From the IMG/VR virus record IMGVR_UViG_3300035491_000322, positions 5,034 through 69,033 of that record: a stretch of 64,000 bases of DNA, one strand, 5' to 3'. This DNA comes from a virus. The translations under genes and the position numbers were made by a program. The notes under the pieces were generated by a model. That model was not told the origin of the DNA. It ran no database searches and saw only the letters and a list, made by a program, of their open reading frames with translations. Positions 10,162 to 19,441 of this stretch are shown one piece after another (position 1 is the first letter of the stretch; the number at the start of each line of letters is the position of its first letter).

Positions 10162-10620
10162 ATGTTCAACGGCAACAGCACCGAGTACCAGCAAGCCACC
10201 GTCAGCAATGACGGCTTCTGGCCGGATATCGAGGTGGGCGACTTCGAGCGAGACCGGGCCATGCCGGCCGACCTGCAGCCCGCCACCGTGGCCGGTGCCG
10301 TGCTCTCGGCCGTGGCCCAGGTCAACATCGAGCTGGCCTTTACCAAGGCCCGGCTGAACGCCGAGGGGCACTGGACCGCCGCCGAGGTGCCGGGCCCCCA
10401 GGTGAACGGCCAGAACCAGCTCACCGTGCTCTATCGCCAGGCGGTGTTCGCCCGCGCCAAGGCCGACCTGGTCACCGAGGCCGGCAGCCTCAGCCAACGC
10501 GAGGTGGGCAACAACCAGGCCACCCAGGGCGGTGACGTGCGCGCCGCCCTGCTGGCCGAAAGCCAGCAGCATATCCGGGCCATCAAGGGTGTGCACCGCT
10601 GCGGGATTGAGCTGCTGTGA
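10162..10620 (+). CDS. Head completion/stabilisation protein (gpL-like)
   Basis: NDGFWPDI, LYRQAVFARAKADL. Confidence 0.88.
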   Translation: MFNGNSTEYQQATVSNDGFWPDIEVGDFERDRAMPADLQPATVAGAVLSAVAQVNIELAFTKARLNAEGHWTAAEVPGPQVNGQNQLTVLYRQAVFARAKADLVTEAGSLSQREVGNNQATQGGDVRAALLAESQQHIRAIKGVHRCGIELL

Positions 10621-11114
10621 GCCAGGGCTACTACCTGCACCAGCTGAGCGCCGCCATCAAGGCCGTGCTGCCGGCCAAGTGCCACAAAAGCTTCGATGCC
10701 TGGATGCAGAACGGCAGCCTGCAGCTGGTTCCCAAGCACGGCGGCAACGGCCTGCAACTGGCCCGGCTGAATTATCAGGCGGTGTTTATGGTGGAGGATC
10801 TGCCGTTTCGGGAGCTGGACCCGGCGGTGGTGCTGGCCACCGTGGCCGCCTGGCTGCAGGACTTTGATGCCGAGCGCGAGCAGCTGGAGCTGCCCGATCC
10901 GGACTACGACGTGGAGCCGGTGGACGAGCACAGCGCGGACTTGACCATCAGCGTGCCCTTCAGCGAACCGCTTTACCTGCTGGCCGACGCCGCCGGCCCG
11001 GTGCGCTACGGCGGTCAGCGCTACCGGGTGGCGCCCTATGAGGTGTGGGTGGCCGAAGCCGGCAAGCTGTGGGTGAACCAAAGCGGGCCCTATCCGCTGG
11101 GAGGTGGTGCGTGA
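10617..11114 (+). CDS. Tail completion protein (gpR-like)
   Basis: Synteny; ATGA overlap. Confidence 0.7.
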   Translation: MSQGYYLHQLSAAIKAVLPAKCHKSFDAWMQNGSLQLVPKHGGNGLQLARLNYQAVFMVEDLPFRELDPAVVLATVAAWLQDFDAEREQLELPDPDYDVEPVDEHSADLTISVPFSEPLYLLADAAGPVRYGGQRYRVAPYEVWVAEAGKLWVNQSGPYPLGGGA

Positions 11115-11773
11115 TCCACTTCGATCTGAAAGGCGCCGTGTCGGTTGCCGACCGGCTAAAGCTGGCCATGCTGCCCCCGGATCGCCGGCGCCGTCTGCTC
11201 AACACGGTGATGCGTCAGGCGGTGGACGACGCCAAGGCCAACCTGAAGGCCCAACGCGGCCCGGATGGCAAACCCTGGCCCAAGCGCAAAAAGGGCCGCA
11301 AGAAGATGCTCGGCAAGCTGGGCAAGAGCCTGGTCAGCCACGCCAACGCCGATGAAGGCACCGCCGAGTGGAAGAACAAGCTGGCCGGGCAAACCGCGTT
11401 CAAGCACCAGTACGGCCTGCCGGAGATCTACACCAAGGCCAAGGCCCGCCGGCGTAGCAACAGTGCCAAGGAGGCCGCCGACCAGAACGGACCGGCGACC
11501 CGGCATCAGGCGCGGCTGCTCAAGCAACTGGGCTACAGCATCACCGTCGGTAAACGGGTCAAGCGTACCCGCCAACCCGGTATCGCCTGGATCCGCAAGA
11601 ACCTGAGCTTCGAGCAGGCAGGTCAGACGCTGAAGATGCTGATTGCCGAGAAGCGCAACCAACGCCAGGGCAAAAGCAGCTGGGAGATCCAGGTACCGGC
11701 GCGGCCCTTTCTGGAAATCGACAAGCAGCGGGTGCTGGATGCCCTGGCCGCTGAACTCAACCGCAGAGGTTAA
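11111..11773 (+). CDS. Virion morphogenesis protein (gpS-like)
   Basis: GTG start; QRGPDGKPWPKRK, HQYG, PARPFLEI. Confidence 0.8.
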   Translation: MIHFDLKGAVSVADRLKLAMLPPDRRRRLLNTVMRQAVDDAKANLKAQRGPDGKPWPKRKKGRKKMLGKLGKSLVSHANADEGTAEWKNKLAGQTAFKHQYGLPEIYTKAKARRRSNSAKEAADQNGPATRHQARLLKQLGYSITVGKRVKRTRQPGIAWIRKNLSFEQAGQTLKMLIAEKRNQRQGKSSWEIQVPARPFLEIDKQRVLDALAAELNRRG

Positions 11774-11775
11774 CC

Positions 11776-12894
11776 ATGACTCCAACTATCCAGGTAAACA
11801 ACCAAAACCAGATGCAGGGGCCGACCAACGAGGTGGAACGCCACTTCCTGTTTGTGGGTCAGGCCACCAAGAACAGCGGCAAGCTGCTCTCGCTCAACAC
11901 CCAGTCCGACCTGGACGAACTGCTGGGCAGCGAGGACAGCCCGCTGAAAACCAATGTGCAGGCCGCCCTGCTGAACGCCGGCCAGAACTGGAGCGCCCAC
12001 GCCCGCGTGCTGGCCCTGGGCGAAGACTGGACCCAGGCCGTGCTCGACGCCCAGAAAACCGCCTCCTTCGAGGCGGTGGTGCGGGTGGACCCGGTGGACC
12101 AGGTGGACGAGATCAACGCCGCCCAGGCGCTGCGCCAACAGCTGATCGCCACCTGGGGCCGCTGGCAGTTCATCATGCTGGCGGTGCCCGGCATCGATCC
12201 CGCGCTGCAGAGCTGGTCCGATTACGAGCTGGAGCTGGCCACCCTGGCCGACGGCATCGCCGCCGACGGCGTGATGCTGGTGCCCCAGTTGCACGGCAAC
12301 AACGCCGGAGCCCTGGCCGGGCGCCTGTGCAACCGGGCGGTGACCATTGCCGACACCCCCATGCGGGTAAAAACCGGCGCCCTGGTCGGCCTGGGGCCAA
12401 CCCCGGTGGACAGCGGCGATCTGCCGTTGCCGCTGTCCACCCTGCAGACCCTGGAAGCGGCCCGCTACTCGGTGCCCTGGTGGTTCCCCGATTACGACGG
12501 CATCTACTGGGCCGACGGCAACCTGCTGGACGTGGAGGGCGGCGACTACCAGGTGGTGGAGAACCGCCGCGTGGTCGACAAAATCGCCCGCCGCCTGCGC
12601 ATCCGGGCCATCAGCCGCATCGGTGATCGCCAGCTCAACAGCACCCCGGCCTCCATGGCCGCCGCCAAGCTCTACTTCATGCAGGATCTGCGGGCCATGA
12701 GCAAGTCGGTGACCATCGCCGGCATCACCTTTCCGGGGGAGATCATGCCGCCCGACGACGGCGACATCGTCATCGAGTGGCTGAGCAAGTACGAGGTGGC
12801 CATCTATGTGCTGGCCCGCCCCTACGACTGCCCCAAGAAAATCGGCATCAACATCATCCTCGATCTGACCCCTCCGGGAGGTAACGCCCAATGA
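11776..12894 (+). CDS. Tail sheath protein, HP1 type (DUF2586-like)
   Basis: VNNQNQMQG..EVERHFLFVG, GALAGRLC, YSVPWWFPDYDGIYWADG. Confidence 0.85.
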   Translation: MTPTIQVNNQNQMQGPTNEVERHFLFVGQATKNSGKLLSLNTQSDLDELLGSEDSPLKTNVQAALLNAGQNWSAHARVLALGEDWTQAVLDAQKTASFEAVVRVDPVDQVDEINAAQALRQQLIATWGRWQFIMLAVPGIDPALQSWSDYELELATLADGIAADGVMLVPQLHGNNAGALAGRLCNRAVTIADTPMRVKTGALVGLGPTPVDSGDLPLPLSTLQTLEAARYSVPWWFPDYDGIYWADGNLLDVEGGDYQVVENRRVVDKIARRLRIRAISRIGDRQLNSTPASMAAAKLYFMQDLRAMSKSVTIAGITFPGEIMPPDDGDIVIEWLSKYEVAIYVLARPYDCPKKIGINIILDLTPPGGNAQ

Positions 12895-13346
12895 GCCGCC
12901 GCATCTCCGGCATCAACTTCGACGTGGAAATCCTGGGCACCATGATCCACATCGAAAAAGCCACCCTCACCATCAACGACAGCTCCGCCGTGGCCCAGAC
13001 CCGGGGCATCACCGACGGCTATGTGGACGGCGACGTCACCGCCGACGTGGAATATGAGCTGGATACCAAGAACTTCAACCGGCTGAGCGACGCCGCCCGC
13101 CGGGCCGGCTCCTGGCGCGGCATCGAGCCCCACGACGTGCTCTATTACGCCAACACCGGCAGCGACGAGTTCAAGGTGGAGGCCTTCGGCATCAAGCTGC
13201 AGATCTCCGACCTGCTCGATATCGACAGCAAGGGCGGCGACAAGAGCATCCACAAGCTGAAGGGCTTTGTCACCAGCCCGGACTTTGTGCGCATCAACGG
13301 GGTGCCCTATCTGTCCGGTGACGACACCCGTCACCTGATCGGGTAA
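12891..13346 (+). CDS. Tail tube protein, HP1 type (DUF2597-like)
   Basis: RISGINFD, GYVDGDVTA, VTSPDFVRINGVPYL. Confidence 0.85.
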   Translation: MSRRISGINFDVEILGTMIHIEKATLTINDSSAVAQTRGITDGYVDGDVTADVEYELDTKNFNRLSDAARRAGSWRGIEPHDVLYYANTGSDEFKVEAFGIKLQISDLLDIDSKGGDKSIHKLKGFVTSPDFVRINGVPYLSGDDTRHLIG

Positions 13347-13351
13347 CCGCC

Positions 13352-13555
13352 ATGGATCTGATCGACCGCGCCAATGACTTAAGCGACTGGCTGCTGGCCA
13401 AGCAGCTGGCCGCCCAGACCGGCCACCGACCCGCCGGCGACAGCCGCGCCGACTGCCTAGAGTGCGGCGAGCCCATTCCCGAGGCCCGCCGGGTGGCCCT
13501 GCCGGGCGTCACCCTGTGCGTGCACTGCCAGACCCTGATGGAGAAAAGACGATGA
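13352..13555 (+). CDS. TraR/DksA C4 zinc-finger protein
   Basis: CLECGEPIPEARRVALPGVTLCVHCQ. Confidence 0.88.
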   Translation: MDLIDRANDLSDWLLAKQLAAQTGHRPAGDSRADCLECGEPIPEARRVALPGVTLCVHCQTLMEKRR

Positions 13556-13923
13556 GCAAGAACAGCTTTGACGGGCTGCACTTCCAGCGCCGTGAATTCG
13601 CCTGCAAATGCGGCTGCGGTTTCGATGCCGTGGACGCCGAGTTGCTGGGCGTGCTGGAGCAGCTGCGCGCGGATCTGGGTGGCCATGCCGTGACCATTAC
13701 CAGCGCCTGCCGCTGCGACAGCCACAACCGCAAGGTGGGCGGTGCCCGCAACAGCGTGCACCGGCTGGGCAAGGCGGCGGATATCCAGGTGCGGGGCATT
13801 GCGCCCGCCAGGGTGGCCGATTACCTGGAGCGCACCTACCCCGGCCGCTATGGCATCGGCCGTTACGCCACCTTCACCCACATCGACGTGCGCGAGCAGG
13901 CCGCCCGCTGGGGGCAGTCATGA
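13552..13923 (+). CDS. Endolysin, peptidase M15 (Zn D-Ala-D-Ala peptidase fold)
   Basis: EFACKCGCG, ITSACRC..HNRKVGGARNSVHRLGKAADI, FTHIDVR. Confidence 0.88.
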   Translation: MSKNSFDGLHFQRREFACKCGCGFDAVDAELLGVLEQLRADLGGHAVTITSACRCDSHNRKVGGARNSVHRLGKAADIQVRGIAPARVADYLERTYPGRYGIGRYATFTHIDVREQAARWGQS

Positions 13924-14525
13924 GCCAATGGAAAGATATCGCCGGCACCGTCGGCCGCCTTGCCGGCACCCTGGCCCCGCTCTTGGGCGGTCCGGTGGGC
14001 CTGGCCGCCAGTATCGGCGGCCAGATTGCCACCGCCCTGGGCACCGATGCCCGCCCCGATGCCGTCCAGCGCGAACTGGTCCAAAACCCCGAGGCCGCGC
14101 TCAAGCTGCAGCAGTGGGCCCATGAAGAACGGGAGCAGATCCGCCAGGCCCACATCCGGCTGCAGGAGCTGGAACTGGCCCGAACCGAGGCCACGCTGGC
14201 CGACGTGCAGCACGCCCGGCACAGCCACGGCGAACACTGGATGCCGGCCCGCCTCACCCTGCTGCTGGCCCTGATGGTGGTGGCCCTGACCGTGGCGCTG
14301 ATGGCCTGGTCGGTGCCCGAGGGCTCCAAGGAAGTGGTGTTCTACCTGGCGGGCCAAATCGTGACCGCCTTCCTCGCTGCCGTGACCTACTGGCTGGGCA
14401 GTTCGCGGGGCAGCGCGGAGAAGCAGAAAAAACTGGAGCAACTCACGGGAGGCACCCTTGGCACAAGTAGCGGAATGGCTGGGACTGGCCATCGCGGCGG
14501 TGGGCTTGTTGATCGGGGCCCTTAG
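13920..14525 (+). CDS. Lysis-cassette membrane protein ('3TM holin'-like family)
   Basis: Gly-rich amphipathic N-terminus, coiled coil, two TM segments, YWLGSSRGS; homologous to 51189-51803. Confidence 0.75.
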   Translation: MSQWKDIAGTVGRLAGTLAPLLGGPVGLAASIGGQIATALGTDARPDAVQRELVQNPEAALKLQQWAHEEREQIRQAHIRLQELELARTEATLADVQHARHSHGEHWMPARLTLLLALMVVALTVALMAWSVPEGSKEVVFYLAGQIVTAFLAAVTYWLGSSRGSAEKQKKLEQLTGGTLGTSSGMAGTGHRGGGLVDRGP

Positions 14526-14712
14526 CCCGGTGCTGACCAGCCTGTTCGGCAAAATCAGCCGGCAGCAGATCGACATGGCCAACCACCGGGCCCACGTGGC
14601 CGAGAACTACGCCACTAAGGCCGAAATGACCGAAGGCATCAACCGCCTGGAAAAACGCATCGACAGCGGCTTCAACCGCCTGGATGAAAAACTGGAGAGA
14701 CTGAACCAATGA
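14458..14712 (+). CDS. Small TM + coiled-coil phage protein (possible lysis protein)
   Basis: TTG start behind GGAGG; N-terminal TM, ENYATKAEM..INRLEKRID. Confidence 0.6.
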   Translation: MAQVAEWLGLAIAAVGLLIGALSPVLTSLFGKISRQQIDMANHRAHVAENYATKAEMTEGINRLEKRIDSGFNRLDEKLERLNQ

Positions 14713-14972
14713 GCAAGCAAACCATCACCCTGATCGTGAACGGCACCGAGCTGGCGTTCGAGCCCACCACCCAGGCGTACAACAAGTACATCAACGAGCT
14801 GAGCATGGACGACAAGGTCGCCCCGGCCCACAACTACCTCAACCGCATCGTGGCCGCCGACAGCAAGGACGCCCTGGCCAGGGTGCTGGCCCTCACCGGC
14901 GCCGGCCTCAAGCTCGCCGCCAAGGTCAACGAGGCCTTCGTGCCCGAGCTTGAGATCAGCATAAAAAACTGA
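14709..14972 (+). CDS. Tail assembly chaperone
   Basis: Directly upstream of the tape measure region; ends at slippery A AAA AAC TGA. Confidence 0.85.
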   Translation: MSKQTITLIVNGTELAFEPTTQAYNKYINELSMDDKVAPAHNYLNRIVAADSKDALARVLALTGAGLKLAAKVNEAFVPELEISIKN

Positions 14973-15160
14973 CCCGCCGGGCCCGGGCCATCGAGGCCAA
15001 CCAGCTGGAGCAGGTGCTGGCACTGCGCCGCCACTACCTGCCCCAGGAGCCCGATGACGAAGAGACCCTGGCCCGGGCGCTCTGGCTCGACAAACAGCAC
15101 TGGGACAACACCGCCCACGCCATAGCGGCGGGCATAGCGAAGGCGTTCAACGGCACATGA
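14963..15160 (+). CDS. -1 frameshift extension of the tail assembly chaperone (missing from ORF track)
   Basis: -1 frame KKLTRRARAIEANQLEQVLALRRHYLP...WLDKQHWDNTAHAIAAGIAKAFNGT*, no own ATG; TGA overlaps tape measure ATG. Confidence 0.8.
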   Translation, partial: KKLTRRARAIEANQLEQVLALRRHYLPQEPDDEETLARALWLDKQHWDNTAHAIAAGIAKAFNGT

Positions 15161-17385
15161 AGCACCTGGAACAATTGATGCTCACGGTGAGCCTGGTCGA
15201 CAAGGTGACCAAGCCCATCCAGGGCATCAACCAACAGCTGAAACACACCGGCGAGATGGGCCGCCAAAGCTGGGACAAGGTCGCCGGCGGGGCGGCCGGC
15301 CTGGCCGCGTCCGGCGTGGCCCTGTACCAGGCGCTGATGCCCGCCATCGAGATGGATCGGGTGCTGGGAGAAGTGAAATCGCTCGGGGTGGTGCAGGACG
15401 ACCTGGACCAGCTGGCCCACACCGCCGCCGACTTTTCCATCGAGTTCGGCAAGTCGGCCACCGAGTTTGTGGGGGCAGCCTACGACATCAAGTCCGCCAT
15501 GGGCGAGTTGTCGGGCAAGGAGCTGTCGGGCATCACCAAGGCCTCCGCCGTGCTGGCCGCCGCCACCAAGGCCGACACCGCCACCATCACCGGCTACATG
15601 GGCACCATGTATGGCGTGTTCAAGCAACAGGCCGAGGCCATGGGCAAGGACAACTTCGCCGCCATGGTGGCCGGCCAGACCGCCCAGGCGGTGGAGATGT
15701 TCAAGACCACCGGCGCCGAGATGAGCGCCGCCTTTACCAGCATCGGCGCCGCCGGTACCGCCGCCGGCATTGCCATGCACGAGCAGATGGCGGTGCTCGG
15801 CACCCTGCAGGCGACCATGTCGGGATCCGAGGCCGGCACCAAGTACAAGGCATTCCTGGCCGGTATTGCCGGCGCCCAGGACAAGCTGAACCTGAGCTTC
15901 GTGGACGGCAACGGCAACATGCTGGGCATGGTGGCCATCCTGCAGAAGCTCAAAGACAAGTTCGGCGACACCTTCACCGTGGCCGAGTCCGACGCCCTGA
16001 AAAAGGCCTTCGGCTCCGACGAGGCGGTGGCCCTGATCAAGCAGATGATCCCCGATATCGACGGTCTGGCCCACAGCATCGACGGCGTGGGCCGTCAGAC
16101 CGGCATGGACAAGGCCACCCAGATGGCTCACGCCATGACCGACCAGTGGGAGCGGCTGGGCGCGGTGTGGTTCGCCCTGCGCGCCGGCGCCGGGGCCAGC
16201 GTGCTGCCGACCATCAGCGCGGTGGTGGGCGGCATCGTCGACGGCATGGCGGTACTGGTGAAGTGGACCCAGATGTTCCCCCACCTCACCGAGGCGGTGA
16301 CCTGGACCGCCCTGGGCCTGGCCGGCCTGACCGCCGTGGCCGCCAGTTGGACGCTGATCATGGGGATCGGCGGCAGCATGTCGCTGTTCTTCGGCAGCAG
16401 CCTGCGCCTGTTGCTCAGCCCGCTGAAGCTGGTGCGCCTGGCCATGATCGCCATGCGCCCGGCACTGATTGGCCTGAACATGCTGATGGCGGTCAACCCC
16501 GCCGGCCTGATGGTGGCCGGCATCATCGCCCTGATCGCCGCGCTCGGGGCGGCGGTGTTGGCCGTGTACAAGTTCTGGGAGCCGATCCAGGCGTTCATCG
16601 GCGGCTTTATCGCGGGCTTTATCCAGGCGGCGGCCCTGGGTGAACTGTTCACCCCCTTTGTGGGACTGTTCCAGGTATTTACTGCGGTGCTGGGCTGGGC
16701 GGCGGACTTGCTGGGGGCCTTGCTGGGCGGCTTTCTGGCCCTGCTTTCCCCGGTGGAAATGACCACCGCCCAACTGGACGGGGTGGCCGCCGCGGGCCAG
16801 AACATCGGCAACGTGTTCGGTGCCATCTTCAACGCCATCCTGTTCCCGATCCGCATGGCCGGCAAGCTGGTGCAGTGGCTGCTGGAAAAGATGAACCTGA
16901 TCCCCGGGGTGGATATCGACCTCAGCGGCGTGGATATGGCCCTGCCGGAGCAGGCCGAGCTGCCGCCGGTGACCCAGGAGGTGGTGCGCCGTCAGGTCGG
17001 CGAGGCCGAGTTGGCCACCCCGGCATTGCTGGCCGCCACCCCGCTGCGACAGGCCCGGGCGCCAATGCCCTTACCGGTACCCGAGCAACGCACCATCGAG
17101 CCCCTGCCGCTGGCACCTCCCCTGCCGGAGCAACGAACCATCGACAGCCTGCCGGTGGCACCGACGATCCCCGCAGGCCACGCCCGGCTGCAGCAGCCGC
17201 TGGCCGAGGCCCGGGCGCCGGACACCCTCAAGGCGCCGCCGGCGCCCATCCTGCCCCAGTTGGCCCGGGTCGCCAGCCAGAATAATGGCAAGACGGTGCA
17301 CTTCGGGGATGTGCATATCAAGAACGAGCAGGGCATGGATCCCCATACCCTCGCCGAATGGGAGGAACTGCAGTATGGCTTCTGA
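15157..17385 (+). CDS. Tail tape measure protein (TP901-like core)
   Basis: 742 aa, Ala-rich helical; GTLQATMSGSEAGTKYKAFL. Confidence 0.92.
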   Translation: MKHLEQLMLTVSLVDKVTKPIQGINQQLKHTGEMGRQSWDKVAGGAAGLAASGVALYQALMPAIEMDRVLGEVKSLGVVQDDLDQLAHTAADFSIEFGKSATEFVGAAYDIKSAMGELSGKELSGITKASAVLAAATKADTATITGYMGTMYGVFKQQAEAMGKDNFAAMVAGQTAQAVEMFKTTGAEMSAAFTSIGAAGTAAGIAMHEQMAVLGTLQATMSGSEAGTKYKAFLAGIAGAQDKLNLSFVDGNGNMLGMVAILQKLKDKFGDTFTVAESDALKKAFGSDEAVALIKQMIPDIDGLAHSIDGVGRQTGMDKATQMAHAMTDQWERLGAVWFALRAGAGASVLPTISAVVGGIVDGMAVLVKWTQMFPHLTEAVTWTALGLAGLTAVAASWTLIMGIGGSMSLFFGSSLRLLLSPLKLVRLAMIAMRPALIGLNMLMAVNPAGLMVAGIIALIAALGAAVLAVYKFWEPIQAFIGGFIAGFIQAAALGELFTPFVGLFQVFTAVLGWAADLLGALLGGFLALLSPVEMTTAQLDGVAAAGQNIGNVFGAIFNAILFPIRMAGKLVQWLLEKMNLIPGVDIDLSGVDMALPEQAELPPVTQEVVRRQVGEAELATPALLAATPLRQARAPMPLPVPEQRTIEPLPLAPPLPEQRTIDSLPVAPTIPAGHARLQQPLAEARAPDTLKAPPAPILPQLARVASQNNGKTVHFGDVHIKNEQGMDPHTLAEWEELQYGF

Positions 17386-17701
17386 CCGCCGCTATATCGA
17401 CCTGCTGGTGGAGGACTTCGGCCTGGTGCTGGACGCCGGCGCCCAGCCGGTGACCACCGACAACCGCCACAGCATCGGCCAGGACATCAAGCACGCGGTG
17501 CTGGAGTCGGGCCTGGCCCGGGCACTGATTGGCGAGCGCAGCCCGGTGCTGCGCGCCGATATCCGCACCCAACTGCGTATCCTGGTGGAGCAGGACCGGC
17601 GCCTGGTGCCCGGTACCGCCGAGGTGCGCGAAGAGACACCCGACCGCTACCTGCTCACCGCCCGCACCTATGAGTTCGGCGATCTGGAGGTGTGGCTATG
17701 A
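17375..17701 (+). CDS. Baseplate-associated protein (DUF2590-like)
   Basis: YIDLLV, SIGQDIKHAVLESGL, RLVPGT; HP1-type synteny. Confidence 0.75.
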   Translation: MASDRRYIDLLVEDFGLVLDAGAQPVTTDNRHSIGQDIKHAVLESGLARALIGERSPVLRADIRTQLRILVEQDRRLVPGTAEVREETPDRYLLTARTYEFGDLEVWL

Positions 17702-18882
17702 GCGTGCGTCCCCAGGTGGATTTTGCCCGGCTGCTCGCCGCCGATGGCATTCCCACCACCACCGACGCCCTGGAGCAGGAACTGGCCCGGGAGGTGACCG
17801 CCGCCGGCTCCATCATCACCAACGACAGCCGTATGAGCCCGTTCTGGCGGCTGCAGCGGGCCATGGTGGTCAAGCCGGCCCTGTGGCTGCTCAATCAGCT
17901 GCTGGTCGGCCACGTGCTGCCCAACAGCTTCGCCGCCACCGCCAAGGGCTATTACCAGGATCTCAAAGCCTGGGACGTGGGCCTGGAGCGCAAACCCGCC
18001 ACCGCCACCCGGGGCTGGGTGGAGTTCGTCAAGGACAGTCCGGCCACGGCGGTGACGATAGAAGCCGGCACCCGGATCAGCACCGAACGCATCAACGGCC
18101 GCCTCTATACCCTGGCGGTGGTGACCACCGTGGTGATCCCCGCCGGCCAGGCCTCGGGCCTGGTGGTGTGCCAGGCCACCGAGGCCGGCACCGCCTGGAA
18201 CCTGCCCGCCGGCTATTACTGCATCCTGCCCAGCCGGGTGCCCGGCATCAGCGCGGTACGCAACCCGGTGGACTGGATCACCGAGCCCGGCGACAACGAG
18301 GAAGACGACGACGCCCTGGGGCTGCGCATCCAGAACCAGTATTCGGTGGTGGGGCGCTATCACATCGACGCGGTGTACCGGGCCATGCTGGCCGCGGTGG
18401 CCGGCATCCGCTCGGACAACATCTTCTTCGAGCATGACGCTCCGCGCGGCCCCGGGACCGCCAACGCCTACATCCTGATGGAAGTGGGCCCCACCCCGGC
18501 GGCCCTGATCGACAAGCTCAACCGCTACGTCAACCAGGAAGGCAACCATGGCCACGGCGACGACCTGCAGTGCTTTGCCCTGCCCGACACCCAGCATGCG
18601 CTGACCCTGCACCTGTGGCCCCGGGCCTTCCTTGGCGATCACGACAAGGCCCAGCTCAAGAGCCAGGCCGAAGCCATGGTGCGCGCGGCCTTTCGGGAGA
18701 CCTCCGACTATCCGGAGATCACCCGCACCAAGCCCTTCAGCCGCTTCAGCTTCAGCCGGCTGGGGGCCGAGCTGCACCGGCTGCTGCCCGACCTCGACAG
18801 CCTGAGCGTGGACCAGCCCGACATTCACAGTGAACAGGCCATTCCCCGGCTGTCCTCCCTGGAGGTGATCCTGCATGGATAA
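17698..18882 (+). CDS. Baseplate J-like protein
   Basis: ITNDSRMSPFWRL, PGDNEEDDDALGLRI, HDAPRGPGTANAY. Confidence 0.88.
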   Translation: MSVRPQVDFARLLAADGIPTTTDALEQELAREVTAAGSIITNDSRMSPFWRLQRAMVVKPALWLLNQLLVGHVLPNSFAATAKGYYQDLKAWDVGLERKPATATRGWVEFVKDSPATAVTIEAGTRISTERINGRLYTLAVVTTVVIPAGQASGLVVCQATEAGTAWNLPAGYYCILPSRVPGISAVRNPVDWITEPGDNEEDDDALGLRIQNQYSVVGRYHIDAVYRAMLAAVAGIRSDNIFFEHDAPRGPGTANAYILMEVGPTPAALIDKLNRYVNQEGNHGHGDDLQCFALPDTQHALTLHLWPRAFLGDHDKAQLKSQAEAMVRAAFRETSDYPEITRTKPFSRFSFSRLGAELHRLLPDLDSLSVDQPDIHSEQAIPRLSSLEVILHG

Positions 18883-19441
18883 ACACGACCAGCAGGCCCC
18901 CGCCCTGCCCGAGTACCGTCCGCCCTGGTGGATGGACGGCCGGCAGCAGCGGGAGCCGCATTTTCTGAACACCGGCCTGCAGGCCTTTTGGCAGCGGCTG
19001 CGGCAATGGCTGTTGACCCCGCTTCGCCAGCTCGACCCCTTGCTATGCAGCGAAGCCATGCTCGACCTGCTGGCCTGGGACCGGGGCATTCAGCGCTTTA
19101 GCAACGAGCCGCTGACGCTGTACCGCCGGCGGGTGAAGTTCGCCTTTGCCAATGCCCGGGACGCCGGCGAGGCCGCCGGCTTCAAGCGGATTTTCGAGCG
19201 CCTGGGGATCGGCTGGGTAGACATTCACGAACGCCAGGCGGGCAATCCCTGGGACGTGATCACCATCGAGCTGGCCGACGGCGAGTTGGCCAGCAACCAA
19301 CAACTGCTGAAGGTGCTGATCCAACACTACGGCCGCACCTGCCGCCGCTACCGCTTTCAGGTGGTGTACCCCCGCCCGCTGCATCTGCGGGCCCGCCGTT
19401 TTGACGGCAGTTACCAGACTTTTGGAGCCAAACTCGGATGA
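18875..19441 (+). CDS. Baseplate/tail protein (gpI-like)
   Basis: LDLLAWDRGIQRF..EPLTLYRRRVKFAFANARDAG. Confidence 0.82.
   Translation: MDKHDQQAPALPEYRPPWWMDGRQQREPHFLNTGLQAFWQRLRQWLLTPLRQLDPLLCSEAMLDLLAWDRGIQRFSNEPLTLYRRRVKFAFANARDAGEAAGFKRIFERLGIGWVDIHERQAGNPWDVITIELADGELASNQQLLKVLIQHYGRTCRRYRFQVVYPRPLHLRARRFDGSYQTFGAKLG

Noticed and set aside
13608-14525. Embedded Rz1-like lipoprotein in either lysis cassette
   Set aside because: Alternative frames here and at 51413-51772 show no signal peptide II or lipobox
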